Assembly: GCA_964016885.1 (NCBI GenBank)
Contig: OZ024750.1
Coordinates: 25,606,001-25,670,000, forward strand
Length of the DNA stretch: 64,000 nucleotides
Direction of reading: 5' to 3'
From: Eledone cirrhosa
Lineage: Eukaryota
Positions 1 through 12,894 of this stretch are shown here, piece by piece. The notes beneath the pieces are model-generated. The model ran no database searches, had not been told where the DNA came from, and was given only the letters and a program-made list of their open reading frames with translations. Numbering within the stretch: the stretch's first letter is position 1; every line of letters starts with the position of its first letter. The position numbers and the translations under genes are program-made.

Positions 1-823
1 GAAATATATACTAAACTCTATCGCTGGATTGGCAGTATTCGGTAGAGCCTTCGGACATGCTTTAAGCATAGAGTAATCTCCCTTTAAACTCTGATTTCAA
101 ATAACGTCGAGGTTAGCTTTACTTTTCATCATTACGGGGTCGATAAAATAAAGTACCAGTAATGCACTGGTGTCGACTTTCCCCAGCTCCCCCACCTTCA
201 AATTGCTGACCTTGTGCCTAAATCAGAAACCATTATTATTATTAGTATATTGCCGAACAAAACAACAACCGCATGTCTTTCTTTTCCCTCTTTTTTATCA
301 CTTTAAACCTATATATAACCGGTGTTTACATTTTGTCATCAAATGTATATATATATGTGTGTATAATATATATATACGTGTGTATACTATATATATATAT
401 ATATATATTTGTTGAGTGAGATGGTAGCCAGTCAGAGTTTAGCTTAAAGCTATCTCTGTTATTATATTAAATATATATATATATTCGTGTGTATACTATA
501 TATATATATATCATATAAACGAGAGAAAAATGCGAGGTAAAAATTCTGAATACATATATTTGTGTAGCAACATTTAATAGTAGGCTTTACACACACGCAC
601 ACATATATATTATATATATATATAAAATCACAATCATCATCATCATCATAGACATATGTCGTATATATATAAAAGAAATAAACAAAGAGGCGATGTCACC
701 ATGTGAGTGGATCTCAATTAATGAACTCTTAATAATTAATTAAAATTAATTTGATATCCATTTAAAATTTAAAATATAACACTGAATAAAATAAAAAAGA
801 TTGAAATATTTCCAAGATATTAC

Positions 824-894
824 CTGGGTTGTTCATCTGTAGAAAACCCAATTTTAGCAAAGCCGGCTCCGTTGTCTAAAACAACCACCGCCAT
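824..894 (-). CDS. ACTR6: Actin-related protein 6, first coding exon (gene continues off the left edge)
   Basis: Minus strand ATG GCG GTG... gives MAVVVLDNGAGFAKIGFSTDEQP(R), then a GTAATA donor (phase 2). The actin-fold N-terminal motif LDNGAxxAKIG(F/Y)S resembles Arp6 (human MTTLVLDNGAYNAKIGYS) rather than actin (DNGSGMCKAG). Confidence 0.8.
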
Positions 895-1744
895 TATACC
901 AGAAAGAGAACTTATCTGTCACTGTTGTAAATAAACAACATTTAATTTCGTCTATATCTATCATCTAAATTGGGGGAATTTTTAAATCATATTATTCATT
1001 TAAGAAAGTGTTAATATTTTTTATTTATATATTATTTTATTATTAATGAAGTTTAAAAAGAATTATCGTAAACAAAGTGCGTGTATATTGGGGGTAAAGT
1101 TGGGGAAAAGCGGCGTAATTAAAAATGGGTGAGTAAAAAAACTATCTTGGTTTTAGTGAATAACCGAAACGAATATGTTTCATTTTAGCGTGGATGTTTT
1201 TTTACCCTTTACCTTTTATATCTTTATATAAACGTGGATTTTTTTTTAAAAACCCGCCCGCTTCTTTTTTCTATAAACGTGGATTATCTATAAATTTGGA
1301 TTTAAAAAAAACAAACTGCCCGCTGTTTTTTTTTTTAGTATAAAGATAGATTTTTACATATACATGAAACGTTAAATATATTTAGTTTTATATGAAATTA
1401 TTGTTTTTTTTCATTTTCTTGAAAATTCTCTATCCTCTGACTTCAGTATTAATTTATTAAGGATGAAGTTTTCATCCACAAAAAGGGGATGGAAAATATA
1501 CTAAAAGAAAATGTACTCTGTTTTGGTAATTCAGAAAAGTCAAATTATTTTTTACATTCTCTAATATTGCTGGTTTTATTTTCAATAACAACACATTTCT
1601 TTATTTACCAATGTTGATTCAAGAATTCCCTGTAATTTCCACAGCTGATGCTAAACAGGGTTCAACATTTTCAGAAAAGTGGGACGACTTGGTTTCTGTT
1701 TTCACATTGTTTAAATATCTTGGAGAATGAAGGGTAGCACAGAT

Positions 1745-2197
1745 AGTAGTGTTAAATAGGGTGGATTAAGTCTACCACTGCCCAGTATGTCAGGATCATA
1801 TGGTAGTCTTAAACAGGGTGGATTAATTATACCACTGCCCAGTATGTCAGGATCAAATGGTAGTGTTAAACAGGGTGGATTAAGTCTGCCACCACCCACA
1901 TTGACAGGCTCAGCTAGTTGTGTTAAACAGGGTGGATTAAGTCTACTGCCACCCACATAGGTCTACCATCACCCAGTATGTCAGGATCAAATGGTAGTTA
2001 AACAGGGTGGATTAAATCTACCACCACCCACATTGACAGGCCCAGTTGGTTGTGTTAAACAAGGTAGATTAAGTCTACTGCCACCCACATTGTCAGGATC
2101 AAATGGTAGTATTAAGCAGGGTGGATTAGGTCAACCATCACCCAGTATGTCAGGATCAAATGGTAGTGTTAAACACCACCCACTATGTCAGGATCAG
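1745..2197. repeat. Minisatellite, about 55-bp unit
   Basis: GGTAGTGTTAAACAGGGTGGATTAAGTCTACCAC...TGTCAGGATCAAAT repeated about 8 times. Confidence 0.9.
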
Positions 2198-4219
2198 AAT
2201 GCTGATTTTATAGATTCTTGCATATATTGGCATATTTCAAGTGAGATACGATTTAATTTAAAATCTAGTATATATAAATATATATATGTATGTGTGTATG
2301 TGTGTGTACTTTACATTTGGGAATATTTTAGTGTTTCTAATTGATGAAGTTTCTTGACTTAAATGTGTAAAAGATGTATTTAAAAATCAATTATTTCTAA
2401 ATGTAATTATCATTTTTAATTTAGCATCTTTTAATATTCACTGAGAGTAACAGCAATCAGTAAGCTATACCATCGCTACACATATATGATCCCAGCCTGG
2501 GCAGTGTAGGGGGAACTCTTTCTCAGGTGTGTAGAATCACAGGTACAAGTTGTCTCAAGATCCCAACAGACAGAATGGAGAAAGTGTTACCCTGGAATAC
2601 AATGAGAAAGACACGTTGAAATATCCATTCCTATATACAGAGCTAACTCCAGTGTGGCTTGGAGGAGGGTGTGAACTCCACCCCACTTGATAGTAATGAG
2701 TAGAGAGGTGGCCTGGGGATCAAGAATACTAGAAGTCGCCAATGATACAAATTCAATGACAAATCTATTGGAAAATGACTGATATTTTGACACTTCAATA
2801 CTTCCATACTTCAACAAGATGCCATCTTCATCTTGTCAGGCAAGAAAACCAAGGTTACCTACTATCACTGGATAGAGTGTGGAATTTTGGATAGTTGAGT
2901 CACAATTATCTCACGTTAATGTTTGTGGTTAGAATAAAATGATGGGTGACCGATCGATGACCCAGGATTTTTTTTCAAGGACCAACGTTCTATCATTTAT
3001 GTAATCACATATTTTATTTTGTTACATATGATGTATCTCATTGATTGGGTTACATTCCATTTTAATAAACACAGGATATTGTTTGTGGCCTAGTGGTAAG
3101 GATGTTGGACTTATGATCATAATATTGTGGGTTTGATTCCTGTGCTGGATTGCGTGTTGTGTTCTTGAACAAAACACTTCATTTCACATTGCTCCAGTAT
3201 ACTCAGCTTGAATAACAACAGTAGCTGGGGGTTTAATCCTGAAATGGTCTGGCGTCCTGTCCAGGGGGAAGGTTTGTACTCTCAGTCACTTCACGCCATG
3301 GACACTGGGATAAGCACAGGCTTGATGAGCCTCCTGGCTTAAGACAGGCTTTAGTCTTAGATTGTTTTAATCATCAACCCAATCCTCCTTGTTCCTTTAC
3401 TTTCTTTAAATTGAAAGCAATATATCACTGTTAGACTGTCATCACAGATCACAGTGTTGACTTTTCAAATATCTGGGGTGAACAGTTGTCATTTATTGGG
3501 ACCTCACATTCAGGCACTCGCACACAGAGACACATACATTCACACATATATACTCACACACATACACAGACATTCACACACACACACACACTCACATACT
3601 TTCACACAAAAACATACTCACATATACACAAACACACACACATACAGACTCACAGACATACAGCGAGAGATAGAGATTGACCATTATTATAGTCATCAGA
3701 AGGATAGTGTATTGGCAGAATCGATAGAACATCGAACACCATGCTTTATTGCATAGTGTTACGTCCCTTTATGATCTGAGTTTAAAGTCTGCTGAAATTA
3801 TCTTTGTCTTTCATCCTTACAGGGTTGATAAAGTAAAGTACCAGTAATGTACTGGGGTTGATTTAATCGACTTTCCCCTCTCCTCCAAATTTGTTGGCCT
3901 TGTGCCTAAATCAGAAACCATTAATAGGCTGTCTCTTTCCTCAGGGCTAACTTGGTTGAAGAGTTGATACGAATATTAAACTATTATGACAGTCACACAA
4001 CAAACTAACCATTGTCAGCTCAAGTCATCTCTATAGGCTTAACCCTTTAGCATTTACATTACTCTATAAATACTAATGTATTTTCGTGGTAAAGGCTTTA
4101 TCTTGCATAATATCGAATCTATGAGATTTGGATATTATCTATTTTGAGAAAAATACCTTAACAACACTATGAGTGGCCTATTACAGCCGATTTGAACATA
4201 AAGAGGTAAGAGAATTCTG

Positions 4220-4470
4220 GACTGGGTGCTTTTTGTCATGACCTCTTTACAGTGTGGACTAGGTGCTTTTTGTAAAGGCACCTACATGACCTTTTTACAG
4301 TGTGGACTAGTAGGTGCTTTTTGTAAAGACACCTACATGACCTTTTTACAGTGTGAACTAGGTGCTTTTTGTAAAGGCACCTACATGACCTTTTTACAGT
4401 GTGGACTAGGTGCTTTTTGTAAAGACACCTACACGACCACTTTACAGTGTGGACTAGGTGTTTTTTGTCA
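4220..4470. repeat. Minisatellite, about 42-bp unit derived from the RTE 3' UTR subrepeat
   Basis: GGTGCTTTTTGTAAAGACACCTACATGACCTTTTTACAGTGTGGACTA-like unit about 5-6 times. Confidence 0.85.
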
Positions 4471-4919
4471 AGTGTGTGTGTGTGTTTATTTATATGCACA
4501 TACATATACAGTTCTTTTCTTGTGGTCAGGGATCATGTCAGTAGCAAGTGTGGGGAGAAGATGTGGCTCACACCAGGTGACACTGTCAGAGCAACCAAGA
4601 GAGAGAGAGTGACACCAAAATGACAATCTGTCTAAAATTTCTGAGGAAGTATTTTAACAGCAATCATCATCAGTTGTCATTGTTCAATGATAGTTAAAAA
4701 GAATAAAACGCAAAAACAAATATATAAGTATCAAAATATATGTAAGCATTATTTTATTCTCTTACTAGTATCTGTTATTAGACTACACCCATGCTGGGGC
4801 ACCACCTTGAAGACATTTAGTTGATCATGGTACCACCAGTGCTTATTTGTCTGGATCTCTGTGTTGAACATAAAGAAACAACTCTCCCTCCTATATATGT
4901 ATATATATTTATATGTAAA

Positions 4920-5430
4920 AGGTAAACAGAAATAACATCACAATCGGTACAGTATATGGAAGAGATATATTAGGTTAACATTTGATATAGCAGGAAGAGG
5001 GTCTTAACGTTTTGGACGCTAGTCCTTCATCAGAAGAAAGAATGAGAAATAAGATAGATTGAGGTAATGGGCGGGATGGGATTGGAAAAAATGTCTTTAG
5101 ATAAAAATAACAGATCCATTATTCATGTTGACATCTCTTGCAAAACTGTTGGTGCTGGCGTTTTGTGTATGATTTATTTGTTTAGAAAAGTGGATGATGG
5201 AGCACGCCTACCTGAAATGGAAAAAGAACCGTTTTAAATAATAATATAACAAATAATAAATAAGAGAGATGGTTTTATTCATCTTCACTTTGTTATACGT
5301 ATTTCAAAGATGCCAGAGAGGTTATGTAGCCCCTAGCATGTTTTTATGAGATGGAGTAAGATGTATTTTCCTATCCATTGATATGTTACTGGTTTTTTTG
5401 TAGTGTTTAAGTGATTGGCCAGTACCCATA
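4920..5430 (-). mobile_element. Degenerate Penelope-like 3' end / pseudo-LTR with mutated hammerhead
   Basis: Minus strand CTGATGAAGGACTAGCGTCC-AAAA-CGTT (GAAA mutated) near 5005-5035; traces ANHLN and FQVGVLH resemble a PLE endonuclease tail. Confidence 0.4.
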
Positions 5431-5559
5431 TATATCATCATCATCATCATCATAATCGTTTAACGTCCATCTTCCACGCTAGCATGGGTTAGACGGGTTT
5501 GTCCCATTTAGAGACAAGTTGGGTCGGGTGACTGTGTCTCGCTCATACAGTTTCTGTGA

Positions 5560-6177
5560 TAGGCACATTTTTCAAATGCAGGTAGGATCTATAGAGGTGG
5601 TTGATAGCTTCCGATACTTAGGTGATCAGATTATCAAGGGAGGATGATGCACCAAGGCCATTGTATCTAGAATAAGGACAGGAAAGAAGAAGTTTAGGGA
5701 GCTGCTTCCTCTGTTGACAATGAAGTGTTTCTCCCTATGAATGAAAGGTCAGTTGTATGATTCCTGTGTGAGATGCGCGATGCTGCAGGGTAGTGAGACA
5801 TGGGCAGCAACTGCGGAGGATATGTGACGGCTGAAGAGAAATGAAGCAAGCATGCTCCGATGGATGTGCAATGTCAATGTGCGTGAACGACCAAGCATAG
5901 ATGAGTTGAGAGTGAAACTGTCCATAAGAGGTATAAACTGTAGTGTGCGGGAGAGAAGACTGCATTGGTATGGACATGTGATGTGCATGGAAGATGACCG
6001 CTAGGTGAAGAAATGCCAAGAAATCCCGGTGGAAGCAAAACCATGTAAAACATGGGTGGAGGTGGTGAGAGCTGACCTCAGATCGCTGAAGCTCACAGAG
6101 GGGATGCCGAGGGACCGTGACGAATGGAGAGATGCTGAGTTGAAGAGGACCCGTCCCACCTTGCAAGCAGGGAAAAA
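5560..6177 (+). mobile_element. RTE-clade LINE 3' fragment, degenerate
   Basis: KFRELLPLL...LQGSETW...MLRWMC...LHWYGHVM...KTWVEVVRADL...DRDEWRDA with stops and frameshifts. Confidence 0.85.
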
Positions 6178-8010
6178 TGTGATTGTCATAACAAGGGAGG
6201 CAACTCTTGCTACATTATCCCCCGCCAGATTTTTAAAACATAAAAATCGAATGAAGCATGTATGAAGTAAGATGGCGCGCATGTTGTAACACCAAAGTCC
6301 AGACATGAAAATTACGAAAAAAATAATGTTTGCAATAAAAGCAAAACAGCAAAATATATGCATGCAAAAATCAATGATAGGTAGCCAACCGCTCTTGGCC
6401 AGAGAACGACTGGACATCTATCTATCCATCACCCAAAGATACAATGTAATCAAACTAAAAGAAGAGGTCAAAGTTCAAAATACAGTTCCGCGGTGTGCAA
6501 TCACATGGCAGCAAGAAAGAAAGTGTGTCCTCCAGAGAATGTATGCAGGTGGTCTCTAGACTGTGAAATTCGGTGGGATTTTCTCACAGGAAGAGTGCTG
6601 CAAAAATAAATTCTCTGGCTTGTTCTGCTGGTTTTGGTTGTTGATGAAGCTGTGTTGTTATAGTTGATGTTGTTGTCTCGCGGAGTGAGCGTATTCGATG
6701 TTCTTTAAATTCACAGTAAAAAGTTTCCCAGAAAAAAAATGAGTTGTGCAAAGTGCTAGAAATAACAGCCAAAGTTGATGGTCGATGTTGAGAATGCGTT
6801 GACCTGGAAGGGTCAAGAGGCCAGCGACCAAAGAAATAAATACGCAGTTTTCAACGGCAAATTTACGAGGTAAATTTTTTAAACCGGCAAATAGGAGAAT
6901 ATAGCTTAAGGCTGGAGAATCCTTGGCAAGAAACATTATCTATGGCGTGTGTTATCTCAGTGAGTCGAGATGTGTGGGTAGCCATTTTGAAAAATTTGTG
7001 TGTAAACGTGATAATATGATGAAAAAGAAAGAAAGGCTTCACTTGGTATAACAAATATGGCGAGTTCAACTTTTTTGTGAACGATGAAAAAAGCTTGGTG
7101 GAAAGAATAAGCAATAGTTGAGATTCAGCGAAAATAAATGTTCCTGTTGAAATGTGTAAAAAAAAAAAATCAAATTTCTTTCTTTTTTTTTTTAAAGTGT
7201 TCGTTGTAAGAAGAAACGAAAAACATATATATACATCCAGTGAAATGCGACACATAGTTGATGTACGACACGTGCGTGAAAGGCAACATTTTCTGTTTAT
7301 TTTGCTTGCTGAGAAAAAATTCCTTTTTTTTTTCTTTTTTGAATGTGTTCGTTATAAGACTGTATGCGAAGAGAAATCCATGTCTAAGGAGGTCGGAGGG
7401 ATTTCTTAGTCCGAAAAAAAATATCACGTTAGGTGAGAGAAGAAGAGTCTGTCTGAACTAGAATTTCACATGTGCGTGTGTTCGTTTCTGTGTCTGCGTA
7501 TTTTTCCTAGTTTGTTAAAGTTTGCTGCATATTCGAAATCTTAGTCCACACATTCCAACGAAAATGGGGTACTGCTAATTAATTTTCTTTTTTCCATACT
7601 CACACAACACCAGATTCTGTTATTTTTTTTTTTTTCGGGGTCACCACTTATAACACTACGCTGGGTATATGAATATAACAAGACACTAGGTTGTGTGTAT
7701 GAAGTTTAATTAACAAGTTGAAGTTATGTAGAACATAATGGTTGACAAGTCAAGAGTAGATGAAAGAATGAAGTAAAGTTATTTGTTACCGTTTTGAAGT
7801 GAGTAGAGACTCGGCGAAGGCGCCTGGCCGAAGGCCAGCAGCCGAAAGGGCAAATGAGAGTGAGATCGCCCTGAGCTATTCCTTTTATAGGGTCCCAGGA
7901 CGGAAGTGACAAAGAGGGTTCTGCCACCCCAACGGGAAGTAACTCCAGCTACTTCCTGTCTAGAGAGCGGTGATGTGATTGTCATAACAAGGGAGGCAAC
8001 TCTTGCTACA
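6177..8010 (-). mobile_element. Non-autonomous/degenerate LTR retrotransposon (Gypsy-like): 5' LTR 8010-7649, PBS 7646-7635, PPT 6228-6215, truncated 3' LTR 6214-6177
   Basis: 38-bp identical direct repeat beginning TGTAGCAAGAG on the minus strand at 8010 and 6214. LTR has TATAAAA and ATTAAA. PBS TGGTGACCCCGA is complementary to the tRNA-Trp 3' end. Purine-rich GGCGGGGGATAA precedes the second LTR. Confidence 0.8.
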
Positions 8011-10390
8011 AGGCCAAGAGACAAGCATGGAAAGAATGGAAGAACGGGTGGAGCAGGGTACATTACATAGAGACCAAGAGGGAAGCTAGGCGACAAGTAT
8101 ACTTAGTTAGGAGGGAAGCAGAGGATAGAAAATTCAAGCATATTTTGCAACGTGAGGACCAGAAACAGGAGGTGTTTAAGATTGCGAGGCAGTGTGTAAG
8201 AGAGAATTGTGATGTCATTGGAGAGAAGTGTATCCGGAATGATAAAGGTGAGCTTGCCCTCACAAGTGCTGAGAAGAAAGATGCATGGAGAAGCCATTAT
8301 GATAGATTACTAAATAAGGAGAATGCATGGGAAGAAGAGACCCTACCCCAAGTAGACCCTATAGAGGGGCTAGCAGTACAAGTCAGCAGCAGCGTAGTAA
8401 GTAAGGCAATCAAAGATATGAAGATGGGGAAGGTAACCGGTCCATCGGGTATAGCTGCCAAAATGCTGAAGGCATCTGGGTCTGTAGGTCACACTATAAC
8501 ACTATAACCACACGTATTGTTAACCAGGTAATACTAAAAGGTGCCATACCAAAAGATTGGTGCAGTAGCATCATTGTCAACTGCTACAAAGGTAAAGGTG
8601 ATGCACTAGATAGAGGAAACTATAGAGGTATAAAGCTGATGGACCAGGTCATGAAAGTAATAGAAAGAGTTATAGCACAGTTGATTAGGGACCGGGTGAA
8701 ACTAGATGAGATGCAATTTGGGTTTGTACCAGGAAGAGGCACCACTGATGCCCTCTTCCCTGTGAGGCAGTTACAGGAAAAGTACCTAGCTAAAAGTAAG
8801 CCACTCTACCTGGCATTCGTCGATCTCGAGAAAACGTTTGACAGAGTTCCACATGCTATAATCTGGTGGGCTTTTAGAAAACGTTTGACAGAGTTCCACA
8901 TGCTGTAATCTGGTAGGCTCTTAGAAAACTAGGAGTAGATGAATGGCTTGTGAAAGCTGTACAAGCCATGTACAGGGGAGCAGTCAGCAGTTAGGAATGA
9001 GTATAGCGAGGAATTTAGCGTACAGGTTGGTGTCCACCAGGGCTCTGTTCTTAGTCCTCTCCTGTTAATCATAGTCCTGCAGGCAATAATGGAGGAGTTT
9101 AAGACCGGATGCCCATGGGAACTCCTGTATGCTGATGACCTCGCACTTATAGCTGAATCTATGGTAGAACTAGAGAATAAATTCCAAACTTGGAAGCAGG
9201 GACTAGAAAGAAAGGGTCTCAAAGTAAACATGACAAAGACTAAGGTCCTTGTAAGTAGACGAGAAAACAGAACCCAGGTCCCCTCAGGGAAATGGCCTTG
9301 CTCAGTATGTAGGAAAGGTGTAGGTAGGAACTCCATTCTCTGCCCCAAATGCAAACAATGGGTACACAAGAGATGTAGCGGGATCTCAGGAAGCTTAATT
9401 AAGAATGTAGGCTTCACATATAGCAGCTGTGCTGGGGCAGCAAACAGCCACAGGAAACAAGTACCACCAATCTCTGGGAGGGCTCTGTAGAAACAGTAGA
9501 CAGCTTCTGCTACCTAGGTGACCGAATTAGCAGCGGAGGTGGGTGTTCAGAAAGTACAATAACTAGGGTAAGAACGGGATGGAAGAAGTTCAGGGAACTA
9601 CTGCCACTGCTAGCTGCAAAAGGCTTCTCCCTCAAAATGAAAGGCAGACTGTATGATGCGTGTATCCGAACAGCAATGTTACATGGTAGTGAGACCTGGG
9701 CGCTGAAGGTGGAAGACTTACGTAGATTAGAAAGAAACGAAGCCTGCATGCTCCGATGGATGTGTAATAGTAATATACGCGAACGACAAAGCATAAATGA
9801 ATTGAGAGAGAGACTGAGTATAAGAGGAATCAAATGCTGTGTGCAGGAGAGGCGGTTGCGTTGGTATGGACATGTGATGCGTATGAAGGATGACAGCTGC
9901 ATAAAAAGGTGCAGAGCACTAGAAGTCAATGGAAACCGCGGAGTGGGGAGACCCAAGAAGACCTGGGATGAGGTGATAAAAGCCGACCTTACCCAATTAC
10001 ACCTCTCAAAGGCGATGACACACGACCGTGACCTCTGGCGTCACGCAGTAATACAGAGTATCCGACCTCCCATGGGTACAAGCTGAAGCATATAGACAAT
10101 ATGCCCCCCCCCCCACTGCAAGGTGGTCGTGGAGGTGGAACGGCAAAAAAGCACCCAGCCCACACTGTAAAGTGGACGTGTAGGCGCCACGGAAAAAGCA
10201 CCCAGCACTCACTGTAAATGAGGTTGGTGTTAGGAAGGGCATCCAGCTGTAGAAATCAAGCCCAAATCAGTTCCTGTATGAGCAAGGCATGGTCAGCCGA
10301 CCAGACACTGCCCACAACAGGGCAACCCGTCTAACCCATGTTAGCATGGAAGAACGGACGTAAAACGGTGGTGATGATGATGATGATTAT
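8011..10390 (+). mobile_element. RTE-clade LINE, 5'-truncated, frameshifted RT
   Basis: [48 protein letters not shown]-like CSVC...CPKC..WVH..C insert, [18 protein letters not shown], 3' UTR and (GAT)n tail. Confidence 0.95.
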
Positions 10391-10714
10391 TATATGCATT
10401 TATATATATTGTTATACTTTGACATATATATATATAATGAATATAATGTCATCGACCTGCATAATGGAATGAAATCATTATTTGTTAAATTTTGTAAATA
10501 AAGTACCAGTAATGCACTGGGTAATTGCTGGCCTTGTGCCTAAAGTAGAAACAATTATTTGTTAAATTTTGAAAAGAGCCCCCCCCCCCCCTCCACAAAA
10601 GGCACCTGTAAGTATGAAAATATATTTGGTAATAAAGCAACACAAAAACACTTGTTCTGTGGAAAATTCCATGACTCTTTAGCAGGTAGATGACAGTCAC
10701 AGAATAGTACTTAT

Positions 10715-11537
10715 GGAAATTTACCTCCAGGTTTTAATTGTTCCAGAAAGCACTCACGAAGGAACCTCTACATAGTGATTAAATCTGCTAGAAATAACAG
10801 CCAAATTTACCTCTAGATTCTAATAATTCTAGAAAGCGCCTACTGAACCTGCTAGAAATAGCAGCCAAATTTACCTCCACAGGGGAACCTCTAACACTCT
10901 ACATGATAACTGAACTTGCTAGGAATAGCAGCCAAATTTATCTCCAGATCTTAATTGTTCTAGAAAGTGGCCCCGAGGAAACTCTACATGGTAACTGAAC
11001 CTGTTAGAAATAGCAGCCAAATTACCTCTAGGTTTTAATTATTCTAGAAAGTGCTCTCGAATGACCATCTACATGGTGACTGAACCTGCTAGAAATAGCA
11101 GCCAAATTTATCTCCAGATCTTAATTCTACGAAAAGCGTCCACGGAGGAACCACTAGATGGTGTTTGATCTTGCTAGAAAACAGCCAAATTTACCTCCAG
11201 ATCTTAATTGTTCTAGAAAGCGCTCACGGGGAACCTGTACATAGTAACTAAACCTGCTAGTGGCAGCCAAATTTACCTCCAGATCATAATTGTTCTAGAA
11301 AGCATCCACGGGGGAACCTCTACACTCTACATGGTAACTGAACCTACTAGAAATAGCAGCCAAATTTACCTCTAGGTTTTAATTATTCTAGAAAGTGCTC
11401 ACGATGAACCTGTACATGGTAACTAAACCTGCTAGAAATAGCAGCCAAATTTACTTCTAGCTCTTAATTGTTCGAGAAAGCGACCACGTGGGAACCTCTA
11501 CATGGTGACTGAACTTGCTAGAAATAACAGCCAAATT
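10715..11537. repeat. Minisatellite, about 80-bp unit, upstream of the SLC5A start
   Basis: AACCTGCTAGAAATAGCAGCCAAATTTACCTC...TTCTAGAAAG about 10 times. Confidence 0.9.
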
Positions 11538-12144
11538 GTTACTTGAGAAAATATATTATAGACGCATGACATAATATACTCCTGAAATAGACTCCTCCGC
11601 ATTAAAAATACAAGATATTTGAGGGACTATAAATGAGTTACTTAAAGATTAATAGCCACGATATCAACCAAAAAAAGAGTTGAAGAAAAATGTTTACACT
11701 AAGAAAACGCGAAACGAAATATTGCATCTTCTGCTAGAGACATTTTCTTGGGAATGATAAAAAAGATAGAGTAAAAAAGAAAGAAAGAGAGAGAGACAGA
11801 GGGAGAGAGAGAGACAGAGACAGAGAGAGAGAGAGAGAAAGAAGAAAGAAAAGAGCGATTAATAATTGAACATTTGAAACGTCCTAACAACAAAAATAAC
11901 AACAACAAAACAACACAGCAGCTGCACCATATATTAAGTGCAGCTCTGCGCACTGGGACCGGATTTTTCTATCACATTTCTTTTCATTTTCTAATATTTT
12001 TATACGAAACCAGTTATTATTATTTTTTTTTTACTTAGTATTTTTCTTCACTAAACTCAGGTGAAATTTTATCAACAAGAAAAAGACTTTTCAACAAGAT
12101 TCTCACAAATATTTTACCATCATTTAATTTGTTGATGCTGCAAT

Positions 12145-12237
12145 ATGGTAGAGGTGTTTGGAAACACGTTGCTTAGTATTACAGATGTTGTTATTGTAGC
12201 TGTTTATTTTGCAATCGTTTTGTTCGTCGGATTATGG
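12145..12237 (+). CDS. SLC5A transporter coding exon 1
   Basis: [31 protein letters not shown] then GTAAGT; D.....YF..V..VG.W is the first SGLT TM helix. Start codon inferred. Confidence 0.88.
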
Positions 12238-12546
12238 GTAAGTAAAAGAGGAAATCATCACATAACCATTGTTTCTTTTTAGCGTTAGATATAATTTCCT
12301 ATCTTCCAGAACTTTCTATGACTCTATCTATCTATGTATCTATGTATATATATAATTGTTTCTACTTTTGGCACAAGGCCAGCAATTGTCCCAGTCCTTT
12401 ACTGGTTCTTTATTTTATCGACTCCGTATGGATGAAAGGCAAAGTTAACCTCGGCGGGATTTGAACTCAGAATGGCAAGGACCGTAACTCTATACGTCAA
12501 AATAAGGAGTTGACGGGCCCAGCATGTTTATCAATGCCAGGACCGG

Positions 12547-12579
<33 letters not shown>

Positions 12580-12848
12580 ATATATATATATATATATATA
12601 GTAAAAAATAGAACGGGAACAAAACAGAGAGGCAGTACGAACAAAGGTTTATTAGTTTCACGCTCTTGAGAGTGGGGTGGTGATAGTAATAATAATAAAT
12701 TTGAAGACTAAAATCCAAAGAGGGCTCGATAAGGATAAATATATATCAAATATATAAGAACCGTAGAGCAAATATTTAGTTTCAGAAGATCCCGTCAAGG
12801 GTGAAAGCAGCGATTCTTTGCTTAGACTTTAATCTGTTATTTTAATAA

Positions 12849-12894
<46 letters not shown>

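Noticed and set aside
2440-2900. GC-balanced unique-looking stretch as a possible exon
   Set aside because: The frames I translated are interrupted and show no recognisable motif; cannot support a call, though a lncRNA or old TE is not excluded.
12770-12815. Minus-strand CTTGACGGGATCTTCTGAAAC as a hammerhead
   Set aside because: Core deviates from CUGANGA and stem I is not evident.
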